Shown: positions 29,786 through 39,400 of the stretch, one piece after another | Numbering within the stretch: the stretch's first letter is position 1 | Layout: each line of letters begins with the position of its first letter | IMG/VR virus record: IMGVR_UViG_3300042691_028414 | DNA from: a virus | Lineage: Duplodnaviria > Heunggongvirae > Uroviricota > Caudoviricetes | Length of the DNA: 64,000 bases | Reading direction: 5' to 3' (one strand) | Notes under the pieces: generated by a model | Database searches by the model: none | Seen by the model: only the letters and a program-made list of their open reading frames with translations | What the model was told of the DNA's origin: nothing | Position numbers and translations under genes: made by a program

Positions 29786-30517
29786 TTAATTTACATATTT
29801 CCATAAAAATCCACCACATTTATTTCTTTTACCTTGGCAGACCATAACAATGTTACCTTTATTTTTTATATTATTTTCTTTTGCTGCTATTTCTAAAGAC
29901 ATATATGTTTCAATAATATTACCAGTTTCTAAACATATTTTATTAACCGATTTAATATTTTTAGCCGGTTTACCCTTATTAGGACTTAAAACGCTTAATT
30001 TTAATTTATGTTCTTCAGAAAGTTTTCTTCCTTTTAACGACTCACTTATATTTTTTTTAGTTTTATCACTTCTTTTTTTCCCAACTAAAGATTTGCCGAT
30101 ATTATCTTTATGTTCTTTACTTAATTTTTTATTTTTCCAATAACTATGTTTGCCAATATTATTTAATGAAATTTTTTTTCTTGTCTCTTCATTAGGTATG
30201 TAATTAAGATTTGATTCCCCACCATCGGTTAAATTTAATAAATTATTAGTTTTTTTATATTTTTTTATCCAAAAAATCTCTTTATTGGCCCATTCTTTAT
30301 TATTTGTTTCCTCAATTATTATTATTTCAGGTTTTTTATTCTTTTTCAATAATTTATTTATCCACAAATATAACGGTCTTTTAACTTTTTTTTCACCTAA
30401 ATAAATGTGTTCTTTTAATCTTTTATTAACATTTTTTTTAGTTTTACCGACATATCTTATTATTTCAGGTTCATCAGGGTTATATATCCCATATATAAAT
30501 ATTTTTTCCATATCCAT
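29786..30517 (-). mobile_element. Free-standing GIY-YIG homing endonuclease with NUMOD3 repeats and NUMOD1-like C-terminus
   Basis: IFIYGIY...RYVGKT catalytic N-terminus, NLTDGGE, repeated (L)SxEHK/TKxxIS units, IVMVCQGKRNKCGGFLWKY; visibly more AT-rich than flanks. Confidence 0.85.
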
Positions 30518-30577
30518 AGATTTTATAATATAAATACAGGTAAATATATTTTTAATATCACTAACTTACTTAAATTT

Positions 30578-31957
30578 TCAATTATTTTGTTCTTTTTGTT
30601 TTCTTTTCTCCATCAACTCTTTAACACGCTGACGCTGTCTTTCTTCTTTTTGTTCCTCAACTCCTAAGAAAGTCATTGAACTTTCGGTATCAATTTCTAA
30701 CATACCGTTATCAAATTTACAGTTTTCAAATACGATACCGTCATCACCAATTCTTGATTTAGTTATGGCGATTGTTGCTAATTTCATTTCTTTTTGTTGT
30801 AATGTCTTAGCCACAGAAATAATAACATGACCTACTTGTGCCTTTTTAATAGAACCACCCATTTGATCAGTTGTTACAACTTCAGAAGAAATGGAATTTC
30901 TATTACCTTGAGTAGCAGTCCATCCTACAATGTTAAGTTCGTGACACATCGCCTCAAAACCTCTCATTACAGAACCCTCACTTTTCCACTCATCACCTAA
31001 ATTTTTGTCAGGTACAACACAATCAATATAATCTAATAAAATCATATCAATTTTTGTCCCATCAGCAATCATTTTCCTAACTTGATTTTTAATTTGCAAC
31101 ATCGTCACAGTATCTGATGGCAATTTTTTCATAATTAGTTTGTTAGGCATAGTCTCTTCAATTTCCCTAACCCTAGATGTTACCTCATCTCTTTTTTCTG
31201 ACAAATCGTCAGGATGTATTTTAGTCCAAAGAGTAAAATGTTTTCTTTGAATTATCTTTGGGTTGTCTTCAAAAAATATTTGAAGTACACTGTTTCCCAT
31301 GTTAAATGCATGGTTCGCAATCTTAGTTAAAAGGGTTGATTTACCAACACCAGTTGGTGCCAAAACAACACCGATTTCGCCTTTTGCTAAACCTCCTTTT
31401 AACAGTCTGTCAATACCAGGAATTCCCATTGGGATTGGATGTCTATAGTCGTCATCCAAGACTTGATCCAAGTTACTAAAAACACTTGAAGTACTTGTGT
31501 CTTTCTCTCCTACTTGAATCGCTCCTCTAAACATTTCTTCAATGGTGTCATAGTTTTCAAATTCACCACCGTCAATGATTTTTTGAGCCTTACTCATTAC
31601 TTTTACTACCTCTTGTTGTTTACAAAACTTAAGAGCCTTCTCTTGTACAAAATCCCCTCCCTCGATAGGTGCATCCTTAATTTTGGTAATCATATCCAAA
31701 ACAACTTTAGATGCCATTTCTTGTTGTAGTTCTGATTTTGTAACTTGTTCTAATGTATCAAATGATGGTGTATGATTGTATTTTTTATAATACTCTTTCA
31801 CCATTTGAATGATGATTTTGAAATACTTGTTTTCAAAATAACTTGGTTCAATCACATCAATAATTGAGTGTGAAAAATCCTTGTCTAAAATAATTTGATT
31901 CAGCAATTGAATCTGAAAATTGTTACCTAAATAATCAAAGTTTTTGTGTGTCGCCAT
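30578..31957 (-). CDS. DnaB-like replicative helicase (T4 gp41-like)
   Basis: Walker A APTGVGKST, LLDYIDC, WTATQGNR and KSRIG. Confidence 0.9.
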   Translation of the reverse strand: MATHKNFDYLGNNFQIQLLNQIILDKDFSHSIIDVIEPSYFENKYFKIIIQMVKEYYKKYNHTPSFDTLEQVTKSELQQEMASKVVLDMITKIKDAPIEGGDFVQEKALKFCKQQEVVKVMSKAQKIIDGGEFENYDTIEEMFRGAIQVGEKDTSTSSVFSNLDQVLDDDYRHPIPMGIPGIDRLLKGGLAKGEIGVVLAPTGVGKSTLLTKIANHAFNMGNSVLQIFFEDNPKIIQRKHFTLWTKIHPDDLSEKRDEVTSRVREIEETMPNKLIMKKLPSDTVTMLQIKNQVRKMIADGTKIDMILLDYIDCVVPDKNLGDEWKSEGSVMRGFEAMCHELNIVGWTATQGNRNSISSEVVTTDQMGGSIKKAQVGHVIISVAKTLQQKEMKLATIAITKSRIGDDGIVFENCKFDNGMLEIDTESSMTFLGVEEQKEERQRQRVKELMEKRKQKEQNN

Positions 31958-31990
31958 AGTTTTTTAATTTGTTTGTTAAGATAAATAGTA

Positions 31991-32440
31991 TCAAACTAAA
32001 CTAAATCCAGCATACTCAATATTAAATTTTTTACCTGAAAAAATGTCAGTTAGGTCGGATAATATCCCTTTTAGTTGTGGGCGTAGGTCCACGGTATATC
32101 TTACCTTCGGAGGGTATACTTTAGCCTCAAACACTCTATGACAAATTGTCATATCTCCAACTCTAATTATCATGTGAAAGTTCTCATCACCATCAGTATT
32201 TGATGTGTTAAGAACATCAGGATTCTCCTGAATTTCATACTGATTGTCTAACATATAAACAATCGTTCTCATCTTTAAATCGCTTTTCAATTTGTCACAC
32301 AAATCTCCAATGTATTCATATACATTAAACGAATTTCTTGACTTAGGATTAAATCCCCTAACATTAAAGAATCTCTGAACGATAATGTTTTCGTTACATT
32401 TCAATAGGAATTCCACTTTTGTAAAATCTAAATCTTTCAT
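31991..32440 (-). CDS. Conserved hypothetical protein
   Basis: ORF track starts at 32518; likely start is ATG 32440 (MKDLDFTK), overlapping the exonuclease TGA (ATGA). Confidence 0.6.
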   Translation of the reverse strand: MKDLDFTKVEFLLKCNENIIVQRFFNVRGFNPKSRNSFNVYEYIGDLCDKLKSDLKMRTIVYMLDNQYEIQENPDVLNTSNTDGDENFHMIIRVGDMTICHRVFEAKVYPPKVRYTVDLRPQLKGILSDLTDIFSGKKFNIEYAGFSLV

Positions 32441-33453
32441 AAATTTGTTTTTTTGTTTCTGTAATTTGTTTTTTCTTTTCTTGTTAATTTTAAAAATGGT
32501 TTTAAGAAATTTACCCAAGCATCATCACCCTTTGGTAGATACCTAAAGAATCCATCTTCCATCATCATCTTTATTAAGTTTCTGTATCCTCTCCCATCAG
32601 GATCCAAAGTTTCTGAATAATATAATTCAACTAACTTTTTCCCTTCTTCATTTATTAACGGGTTGGATAAATCAACTAATATTTGATTCACGCTGAAGAA
32701 CTTTTCCCCAAGTACCCCTTCTTTGGTTTTTCCACTTGATAGATTATTCAAAACTACACTTTTATTTTGATTCTCTAACAACTTCCTACCTTTGTTTAAA
32801 ATATCGGTAAATGATACTTGCGAATCAAGTATCTCAGGAAATAATTTGACTAAAGTTTTCTCACCAAGTAAACTGATACCATCAATATTATCTGAGGTGT
32901 CACCAGCAACTATCTTAAATGTCATTATGTTATAATGTGGAATACTATAATCTTTGATTTTTATTTTATCCCCATTTTTATAGTATTTTTTTTGTTGTGG
33001 TGAATATATTGTCACCTTTTCGGAAATAAGTTGTGTAAGATCCTTATCTGATGAAAATATTGTTTTATCCTCATCTTCAGATATTTGACAATAATAAGCA
33101 ATTAAATCATCCGCTTCAGAATTATCAACTTCTAATTGTCTAACAAACATCTCTTCAAGATATTGTTTTACTCTCTGTTTTTGGGTATTAAATGAATATG
33201 TTTTTTCTTCAGTATAAGATGATTTTCTATTACCCTTATATTTCGGATAAAGTAATTTTCTTTGGGACGAATTTTCATCACCGTCCCAAAAAACAACTAC
33301 TTTGTTAAAATTGGATTCTTCTAAGAATTTGCGCAAAGTATTAAGAAAATGCCAAGTTCCTCCAATGTGTTCTCCTTCATTAAAGAAATCTTTAACTCCG
33401 TGAAAACCTATTTTTAATAAATTGTTACCATCAACAATAAGTGTCTTGGTCAT
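32437..33453 (-). CDS. 5'-3' exonuclease / flap endonuclease (T4 RNase H, PolA N-terminal-like)
   Basis: LIVDGNNL, YPKYKGNR, EADDLIAY, SSDKDLTQL and GDTSDNIDG. Confidence 0.92.
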   Translation of the reverse strand: MTKTLIVDGNNLLKIGFHGVKDFFNEGEHIGGTWHFLNTLRKFLEESNFNKVVVFWDGDENSSQRKLLYPKYKGNRKSSYTEEKTYSFNTQKQRVKQYLEEMFVRQLEVDNSEADDLIAYYCQISEDEDKTIFSSDKDLTQLISEKVTIYSPQQKKYYKNGDKIKIKDYSIPHYNIMTFKIVAGDTSDNIDGISLLGEKTLVKLFPEILDSQVSFTDILNKGRKLLENQNKSVVLNNLSSGKTKEGVLGEKFFSVNQILVDLSNPLINEEGKKLVELYYSETLDPDGRGYRNLIKMMMEDGFFRYLPKGDDAWVNFLKPFLKLTRKEKTNYRNKKTNL

Positions 33454-33481
33454 TTTAATACGATTAATTCGTTCTACAATA

Positions 33482-34471
33482 TTACTCTACTTCTTCATCA
33501 TATGCAACAGACTCATCTAATGTATAGTTTGAATCCCCCATTTTTTGTACCCAATAATCCGAATATTCTTTTTTATATTTATCCAAAGAATCTTTTGTAT
33601 CGGTTATATATCCATGAGGTACTGCAATTATTTTACCATCTTTATATCCAATACCATTAACATGGTTTTTCAAAATAGAGATTTTTGTTCTAATTGCAAA
33701 TGATACTTTTCTACCATTTTTAGTTGCATCAATATGACTGATACCCGCTTTCTTTTGATTACCAAATAAGAATACTAAACTACTTGCTAACCATACTGCA
33801 GTTCCTCCTTTTGCTTGAATCTCAGGTTGTCCGAATGGATTATCGGGAAGTAGTACCCAAGGTTGATTTAACACCACTAAAGTGTTGTAATATGGGTAAT
33901 CTTCTTTTTTTGATTTAGAGATACGAGAATGGATTCCCATACCAATTTTGTCCGCTAATACTTTCGCATTGTGCATTCCACCACCTTTACCATCAAATGT
34001 CATTTGACAAGGGATTGATCCGATACTATCCCAAAGGAATAATAAACTATAAGGGATGTCACCTTTTTCTTGTGCGTCAAGGATATCATTAATGAACTCA
34101 GTTGCTTGTTCAATCACATCAAAAGAATCGTTAAAAATGAACATACCATCATATTCACCATCTTCAGTTTTTTCAACTTGTAATCCAAGTTCAATTGCGT
34201 GTTCCCATGACCATTTCTTTTCAGTAATAATAAGAACAGGTAAATGTCCTTTTCTTTGAGCATCAGCAGCAGCAAGAATCATTGCCGTTGTTTTTGATGT
34301 GTTTGAGTGTCCCAAGAACATATTAATACCTCCCATTACAGGACCTGGTAATCCACAAGCCTCCATAAACGCCTCACCACAGTTATAAAAACTTTCAGGT
34401 TTGTATTTTGTCTTTGTAGAAAATTTACTTTTGATACTATCAAATGATACTTCTTTCTTTTTAATTGCCAT
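33482..34471 (-). CDS. RecA/UvsX-like recombinase
   Basis: Walker A-like GHSNTSKTT, Walker B LFLWDSIG, NQPW, KGG and KNH. Likely start ATG 34471, downstream of a terminator. Confidence 0.82.
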   Translation of the reverse strand: MAIKKKEVSFDSIKSKFSTKTKYKPESFYNCGEAFMEACGLPGPVMGGINMFLGHSNTSKTTAMILAAADAQRKGHLPVLIITEKKWSWEHAIELGLQVEKTEDGEYDGMFIFNDSFDVIEQATEFINDILDAQEKGDIPYSLLFLWDSIGSIPCQMTFDGKGGGMHNAKVLADKIGMGIHSRISKSKKEDYPYYNTLVVLNQPWVLLPDNPFGQPEIQAKGGTAVWLASSLVFLFGNQKKAGISHIDATKNGRKVSFAIRTKISILKNHVNGIGYKDGKIIAVPHGYITDTKDSLDKYKKEYSDYWVQKMGDSNYTLDESVAYDEEVE

Positions 34472-34493
34472 AATAGTTTGTTTTGTTAAAAGA

Positions 34494-34527
34494 TAAAAAA
34501 AGGTAGTGACTTTGTAAATCACTACCT
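34494..34527 (-). terminator. Intrinsic terminator after ssb
   Basis: AGGTAGTGA-loop-TCACTACCT followed by a T run on the minus strand. Confidence 0.8.
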
Positions 34528-34546
34528 ACACTATAGGTTCTTTTTT

Positions 34547-35410
34547 TTAGAATGGTAACTCTTCGTCAATTTCCTCATTTTGTTGAGGATCAACAACAGG
34601 TGTTGGTTTTGATTTAGTACCTCCGATAGAAGTTTCAGCAACCTCATCATTAGCATAAACATACCCACCTTTATCAGAATCCCATCTTGGTGTTTCTCCA
34701 CGAGAAATTGCTTCAAGATATTCTACAGGTTTTTTAGAGTAGACATCCTCCCAAGTCAATTCATCACTAACCCATTCTTTCATAGTGTCCGTGTCTTCGT
34801 GAAGTGGTGCTGGATCATCATACATAACAGTTTGAATTACAGTATAGTTAATTCCCGCATTTGTTTTTGCCTTTGTCAACTCCAAAATCAAATCTCTACC
34901 TTTATCAGCATCGGTAACATCACCTTTTGCTTTCCAAATAGGAATGATTTTGTCAAGAATACCTTCTTGTTTGTAATTGTGTTTAAATCTCCAAAATTTA
35001 ACACCGTCTTGTTCGTTGTCACGATCAATAACTTTAACGATATAAAATTTACGAGCTTTATATTGTTTGGCAATTTCCTTATCGGAATCTTTACCTGTTG
35101 ACATTAAATCATCGTGAACTTCATTTAATGGTGAACGCTCATTGTCGTTTTTACCTGGATCGTAAAGTTTAACCCATTTTCCATCTACTTTAACTTCATG
35201 AAACCAAACCTCTTTAAAAGGAGATGATCCATCGGTTGTTGGTAGAATTCGTAGTCGTTTCTGACCTTGTTTTTCACTGTCTTTAAGAATTGCAGCAAAA
35301 TATTTTTTCATTCTCTCATCTTGTGTCATTTTTGAGGTAGAAGATGAACTACCTTGTTTTGAGTTCTCGTACTGAGCCAAAACTGCATCTAAAACATTGT
35401 TTGTCGCCAT
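34547..35410 (-). CDS. Single-stranded DNA-binding protein (T4 gp32-like)
   Basis: RLRILP, FKEVWFH, KFYIVKVIDR, VKFWRF, DVTD...GRDL; acidic tail EEIDEELPF; next to the recombinase. Confidence 0.8.
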   Translation of the reverse strand: MATNNVLDAVLAQYENSKQGSSSSTSKMTQDERMKKYFAAILKDSEKQGQKRLRILPTTDGSSPFKEVWFHEVKVDGKWVKLYDPGKNDNERSPLNEVHDDLMSTGKDSDKEIAKQYKARKFYIVKVIDRDNEQDGVKFWRFKHNYKQEGILDKIIPIWKAKGDVTDADKGRDLILELTKAKTNAGINYTVIQTVMYDDPAPLHEDTDTMKEWVSDELTWEDVYSKKPVEYLEAISRGETPRWDSDKGGYVYANDEVAETSIGGTKSKPTPVVDPQQNEEIDEELPF

Positions 35411-35441
35411 ATATTTGTGTTATTAAAAGTTTACAATAGGA

Positions 35442-35470
35442 AGTATAAATTAAAAAAGTGTCGCAGTCAA
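35442..35470 (-). promoter_or_regulatory. Sigma70-like promoter upstream of ssb
   Basis: Minus strand TTGACT-17 nt-TATACT, about 30 nt before the ATG at 35410 and just after a terminator. Confidence 0.65.
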
Positions 35471-35479
35471 TATGTATTC

Positions 35480-35510
35480 AAAAATTTTGAGAGGGACACG
35501 GATGTCCCTC
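35480..35510 (-). terminator. Probable intrinsic terminator after 35517 ORF
   Basis: GAGGGACA-TCCG-TGTCCCTC hairpin; T-run slightly offset. Confidence 0.6.
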
Positions 35511-35516
35511 CCTTAA

Positions 35517-36173
35517 TTAAGGCATCATATCATCGTCATCGTATGTATCAAAAGTATCTTTAATTTGTTTTGGTGAAAAATCTTCAGCCTCATCAGTTGT
35601 TAGAATATATTCTTCTCTACCTTGTTTTTCAAACTGATCTTCTTTATCTTCAAAATAATCAGATAGTTTTTGATTAAAAGGACCAGAATCTAAACTTCTT
35701 AATTCAAGTTTTTCTTCAGGTGTTTTAGGTCGATATTTTTCAATTTTTTGTTCTAATGAATTAACCGCAGACATTAAATTATCCATTTCACCCAATTTAC
35801 TTTCTAAATTTTCAAGTTGTTTAAATAGATTGTCAAAATATTCATCTTGTTTTGTTTCAATATTTTTTTGACTATTTACTAAGTCAGTGATTTCAAGTTC
35901 TTCTTTATCCTCTTCATCTTTACCAACTTCTTCAACATCAGGGTCTTGCGCCACATCAATTGGTTGTGGTGTCTCAGCTTCAGGTGCGGGTGGTGGAGGT
36001 AAAGCTCCGGGAGCAGGTGTCTCAGCTCCAGGTGCAGGTGGTAATCCAGCATCAGGTGCCGGTAGTGGAGCCGCCGCAGGGTCTGGTTCAACAGGAGCGT
36101 CTTGTTCCATTATATAATTATTAATTGACTTATATCTGTTAATTTCTTCTAATATTTTTTTATCTATTTTCAT
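35517..36173 (-). CDS. Acidic, Pro-rich coiled-coil protein (possible head core/scaffold-type protein)
   Basis: ILEE..IMEQ leader, PAAAPLPAPDAGLPPAPG segment, coiled-coil LENLESKLGEMDNL. Start placed at ATG 36173. Confidence 0.5.
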   Translation of the reverse strand: MKIDKKILEEINRYKSINNYIMEQDAPVEPDPAAAPLPAPDAGLPPAPGAETPAPGALPPPPAPEAETPQPIDVAQDPDVEEVGKDEEDKEELEITDLVNSQKNIETKQDEYFDNLFKQLENLESKLGEMDNLMSAVNSLEQKIEKYRPKTPEEKLELRSLDSGPFNQKLSDYFEDKEDQFEKQGREEYILTTDEAEDFSPKQIKDTFDTYDDDDMMP

Positions 36174-36174
36174 A

Positions 36175-36402
36175 TTAACCATTTAATAATTGTTTTATAC
36201 CTGTTTTGGTTTCCACTTGGATTTTTTTATTAGTGTTCATTGTATTATCAACTCTTTCTATTAGTCCGTCTTTCATTCTGATAGTATAACAGTCTCCAGT
36301 ATCCAAATCACAAACTTCTTTATACCCATTTCCTTTATCTTTCTCCGTAACTCTTGTGTTTTTACCCAAGTAGTTATCCAAAATTAATTTAGTATTACTC
36401 AT
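36175..36402 (-). CDS. Small hypothetical protein (75 aa)
   Basis: ORF track; TATTTAT motif upstream. Confidence 0.6.
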   Translation of the reverse strand: MSNTKLILDNYLGKNTRVTEKDKGNGYKEVCDLDTGDCYTIRMKDGLIERVDNTMNTNKKIQVETKTGIKQLLNG

Positions 36403-36441
36403 ATCTATTTTTATTTATAAATATCATAACATTATGAAAAA

Positions 36442-39400
36442 TTAAAGAAGACATTTAATTAAAAACGATTGTGGAACTATTGCTCTTGTCGTATCCGTAG
36501 TAATTCCATCTTCTAATACTGGAATAGAGTTAACATTGAATTGAATGTTGTATGATCCATTTTGGGTACATCCTATCGTAGTAAGTAAATCTTGTGCTGT
36601 CATTGTAAACGACTGTTTATTCGTCGCAATGAATGTTGGTACATTAATTTTTACACCTATTGTTGCAGTACATTCTTCAGGTTTTTTATTAAATATAATT
36701 TCAGCCGAATCAATATTCCATTTTCCTGAATTAGGTGATATTACTATTTGCATTTGAATTAACTGATCACCATTGGCTTGGACAACTTGTTTAGCAGGTT
36801 TTGGTGTGGTAGTACTTGATTGTGATGTAAATTGTCTTTGTGAACTAACATAATCAGTATAAGCATTACCAAAAAGTTTTTCTAATTTATTTTTATTTTC
36901 TTCAATTAAAGTATCAAATAATGATTGTCCCTCATTGGTTGGGTAATTGTCCATATAGAATGTTGCAAATGCCTTACCATATTTGATTTGATCGGAAATA
37001 TTATTATTTGTTGATACATAATTTTTTATGGTACCTAATTGAGGTCCATACTTGGCAATCATAAAATTCACAAATTGATCAAATGATGAAAATACCGCCA
37101 TAGGTATGTTCTTACTATTACAATAGTATTTGTTTTCAAATAAAACAAAAGAACCACCATAATTAGTATTCAAAGGTATTAACCCATAATTATTACCATA
37201 AGTCTTAAAAATCTCAGATGGTTTTGTGGCAACCGTCATAATACTATATATAAATGATGCCAAAGTTTTTGAGTCATTACTATTATAAGAACCGTTCGCA
37301 ATAATTAATTCGTTTATTTTATTTGCCGCATCTTTTTTATTTATTTCACTAGAACTCATTATCATTAATGGATCACCAGTAGCATTTGTAAAGTTTTTAT
37401 ATGACTCATTAAGTGCCGAAGAACAAGCTTGATTAACATTAAGAGTGGTATTAGTTTCACTAACATTATCCAATTTAGTTGCCGTTTGAGATAATGTATT
37501 CACAGATTGTTGTGTCTTTGTTTCTTCATTCTGTTTAATCCTTTCTTGAATATCTTTTAGTATTTTAGTACTGATTGATTGTATGAAACTTTCTATTTTA
37601 GGTATACTATAAAAAGGTTGTCTTTGCCCTTCAAATGTCGTGTCAAACCCATTTTGAGAAATTCTATGACTTACTTTTAATATCATATAAGGTCCACTAA
37701 ATAAAGGAACATTTCTTAAATTAAAGTACATCATAGGTTGTATCAACGCATTACCCATCATATCAATAGAACATTTATAACTTCTATTTTTATATAGATT
37801 ATATAATGAAACACTTTGAGTATAACTACCTCTGTTTCTATCCTGATTAGCCATTTGGTTTAGAACTTCCAATGATTCGGTAGTTGGTAATCCAGGATCT
37901 TGAGATACATCAATTTGTTTAAAAATTTGTTGATTTTGTGGTCCAATATCAACATTGAATCCAACAACTTTATTTGATGTTGCCCAATTTGTTTTGTTTT
38001 CTTGATTTTCTAATAACGGATTGTCAGTTGCTCTTCTCAAATCAAACGCATCATCTCTATATCTGTAATCAACATTATCGTTAAGTGCTAAATGTTCACT
38101 TGGTTTATTAGCATATAAACAAACAAACTTTGAACCTGTTTCTCTATAATCAACATTTAAATAAGTACCAAATAAAGTATTGGCAAATTCTAAAGTGCCT
38201 TCAGGTCTTGGTACCGCATTTTTACTAACATCTCTAACATTATAAAAATTCGCAAATGCGGGAATAACAAAGTTAACAAAATTATTTTCAGTCAATATTG
38301 TTTGTACAATATCCAACATATTATTTTTAACAAGAGAACTATCAATTAATGTTTTTAATTTGAAGATGTCCACATATATTTGTTGTCCTACATCTCTACT
38401 GGCTCTGTCCATTAAAAGTACATCTTCAAATAAAGTCTTACTTTTAAAGTCGGTACCTGAAATCCATGTGTCGTTAATGGTTTTAAATAATTCCCATAAT
38501 TCATATCTAGTTTGATCACCTTCATAATCCGCCCTAACTTTAGTGTTTGTTTGACTAATATTAACATCAGGAAGTTCTTTCCTCAATCTAGTCATTTCTA
38601 AATCTAATAAAGTATTAATATATGTATTACTTTTATTAATATAACCATCCATTAAAGTCCTAAACTTTGTGGAATTAAAATTGTTGTCTTCTAATTTTTG
38701 AGTGGCATATATTTTAATTAACGGTGATAATGTCTTAATTGAATTTTCAGTAAATTCAATATTCATATCTAAAAAGAAATCGGTAATGTATGAACCGTTA
38801 TCACTATAAACTAATTCCGGTATCTCAGAAAATCCTACATAAGTTTCTAAAGTTTTCCAAGTTTCAGGATTTTGTGCTTTAGACTGTGATAAAGTTATTG
38901 ACCCGCCAGCACTTGGTAAACTATTTGGTGAACCGACATTATACCCTTGGAAACTATATGTATCAATTAAGATTTGATTTGAATATGTGTAAAACAATTT
39001 CTTATCAAAATTTGATGGGTTACCGTATTTCATGGTAACTTTATAATCCATAAATGTTCCTAACACTTGTTTGAAGTTACTAATTTGTGATTCTTGTATT
39101 TCATTAATAACAACCGATCCATTTATGTTATCTTTTGGTTTTGGAACTTTCATTAACGATCTCATTAGAGATTGGAAATTATTGTTTGTAATTTCAGTGT
39201 CAGTATCAACCCCAAGAGTTGATTTTATATTTGAGTTATAATCATATACAGAACGGCTAAAATTTAAAAACTCGTTCTCCATTATGTCTAAAATATCTTT
39301 TTCAAATGTTGTAAATAACTCACTTATTTTTGTATATTCAGACGATACCCCATTAATTGAGAATGCCTGTTGTATTGATTCGTCATTTTTAATATGTTTT

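Noticed and set aside
26385-31957. Introns or inteins in nrdA, nrdB or the helicase
   Set aside because: All three are continuous and of normal length; the endonuclease is intergenic.
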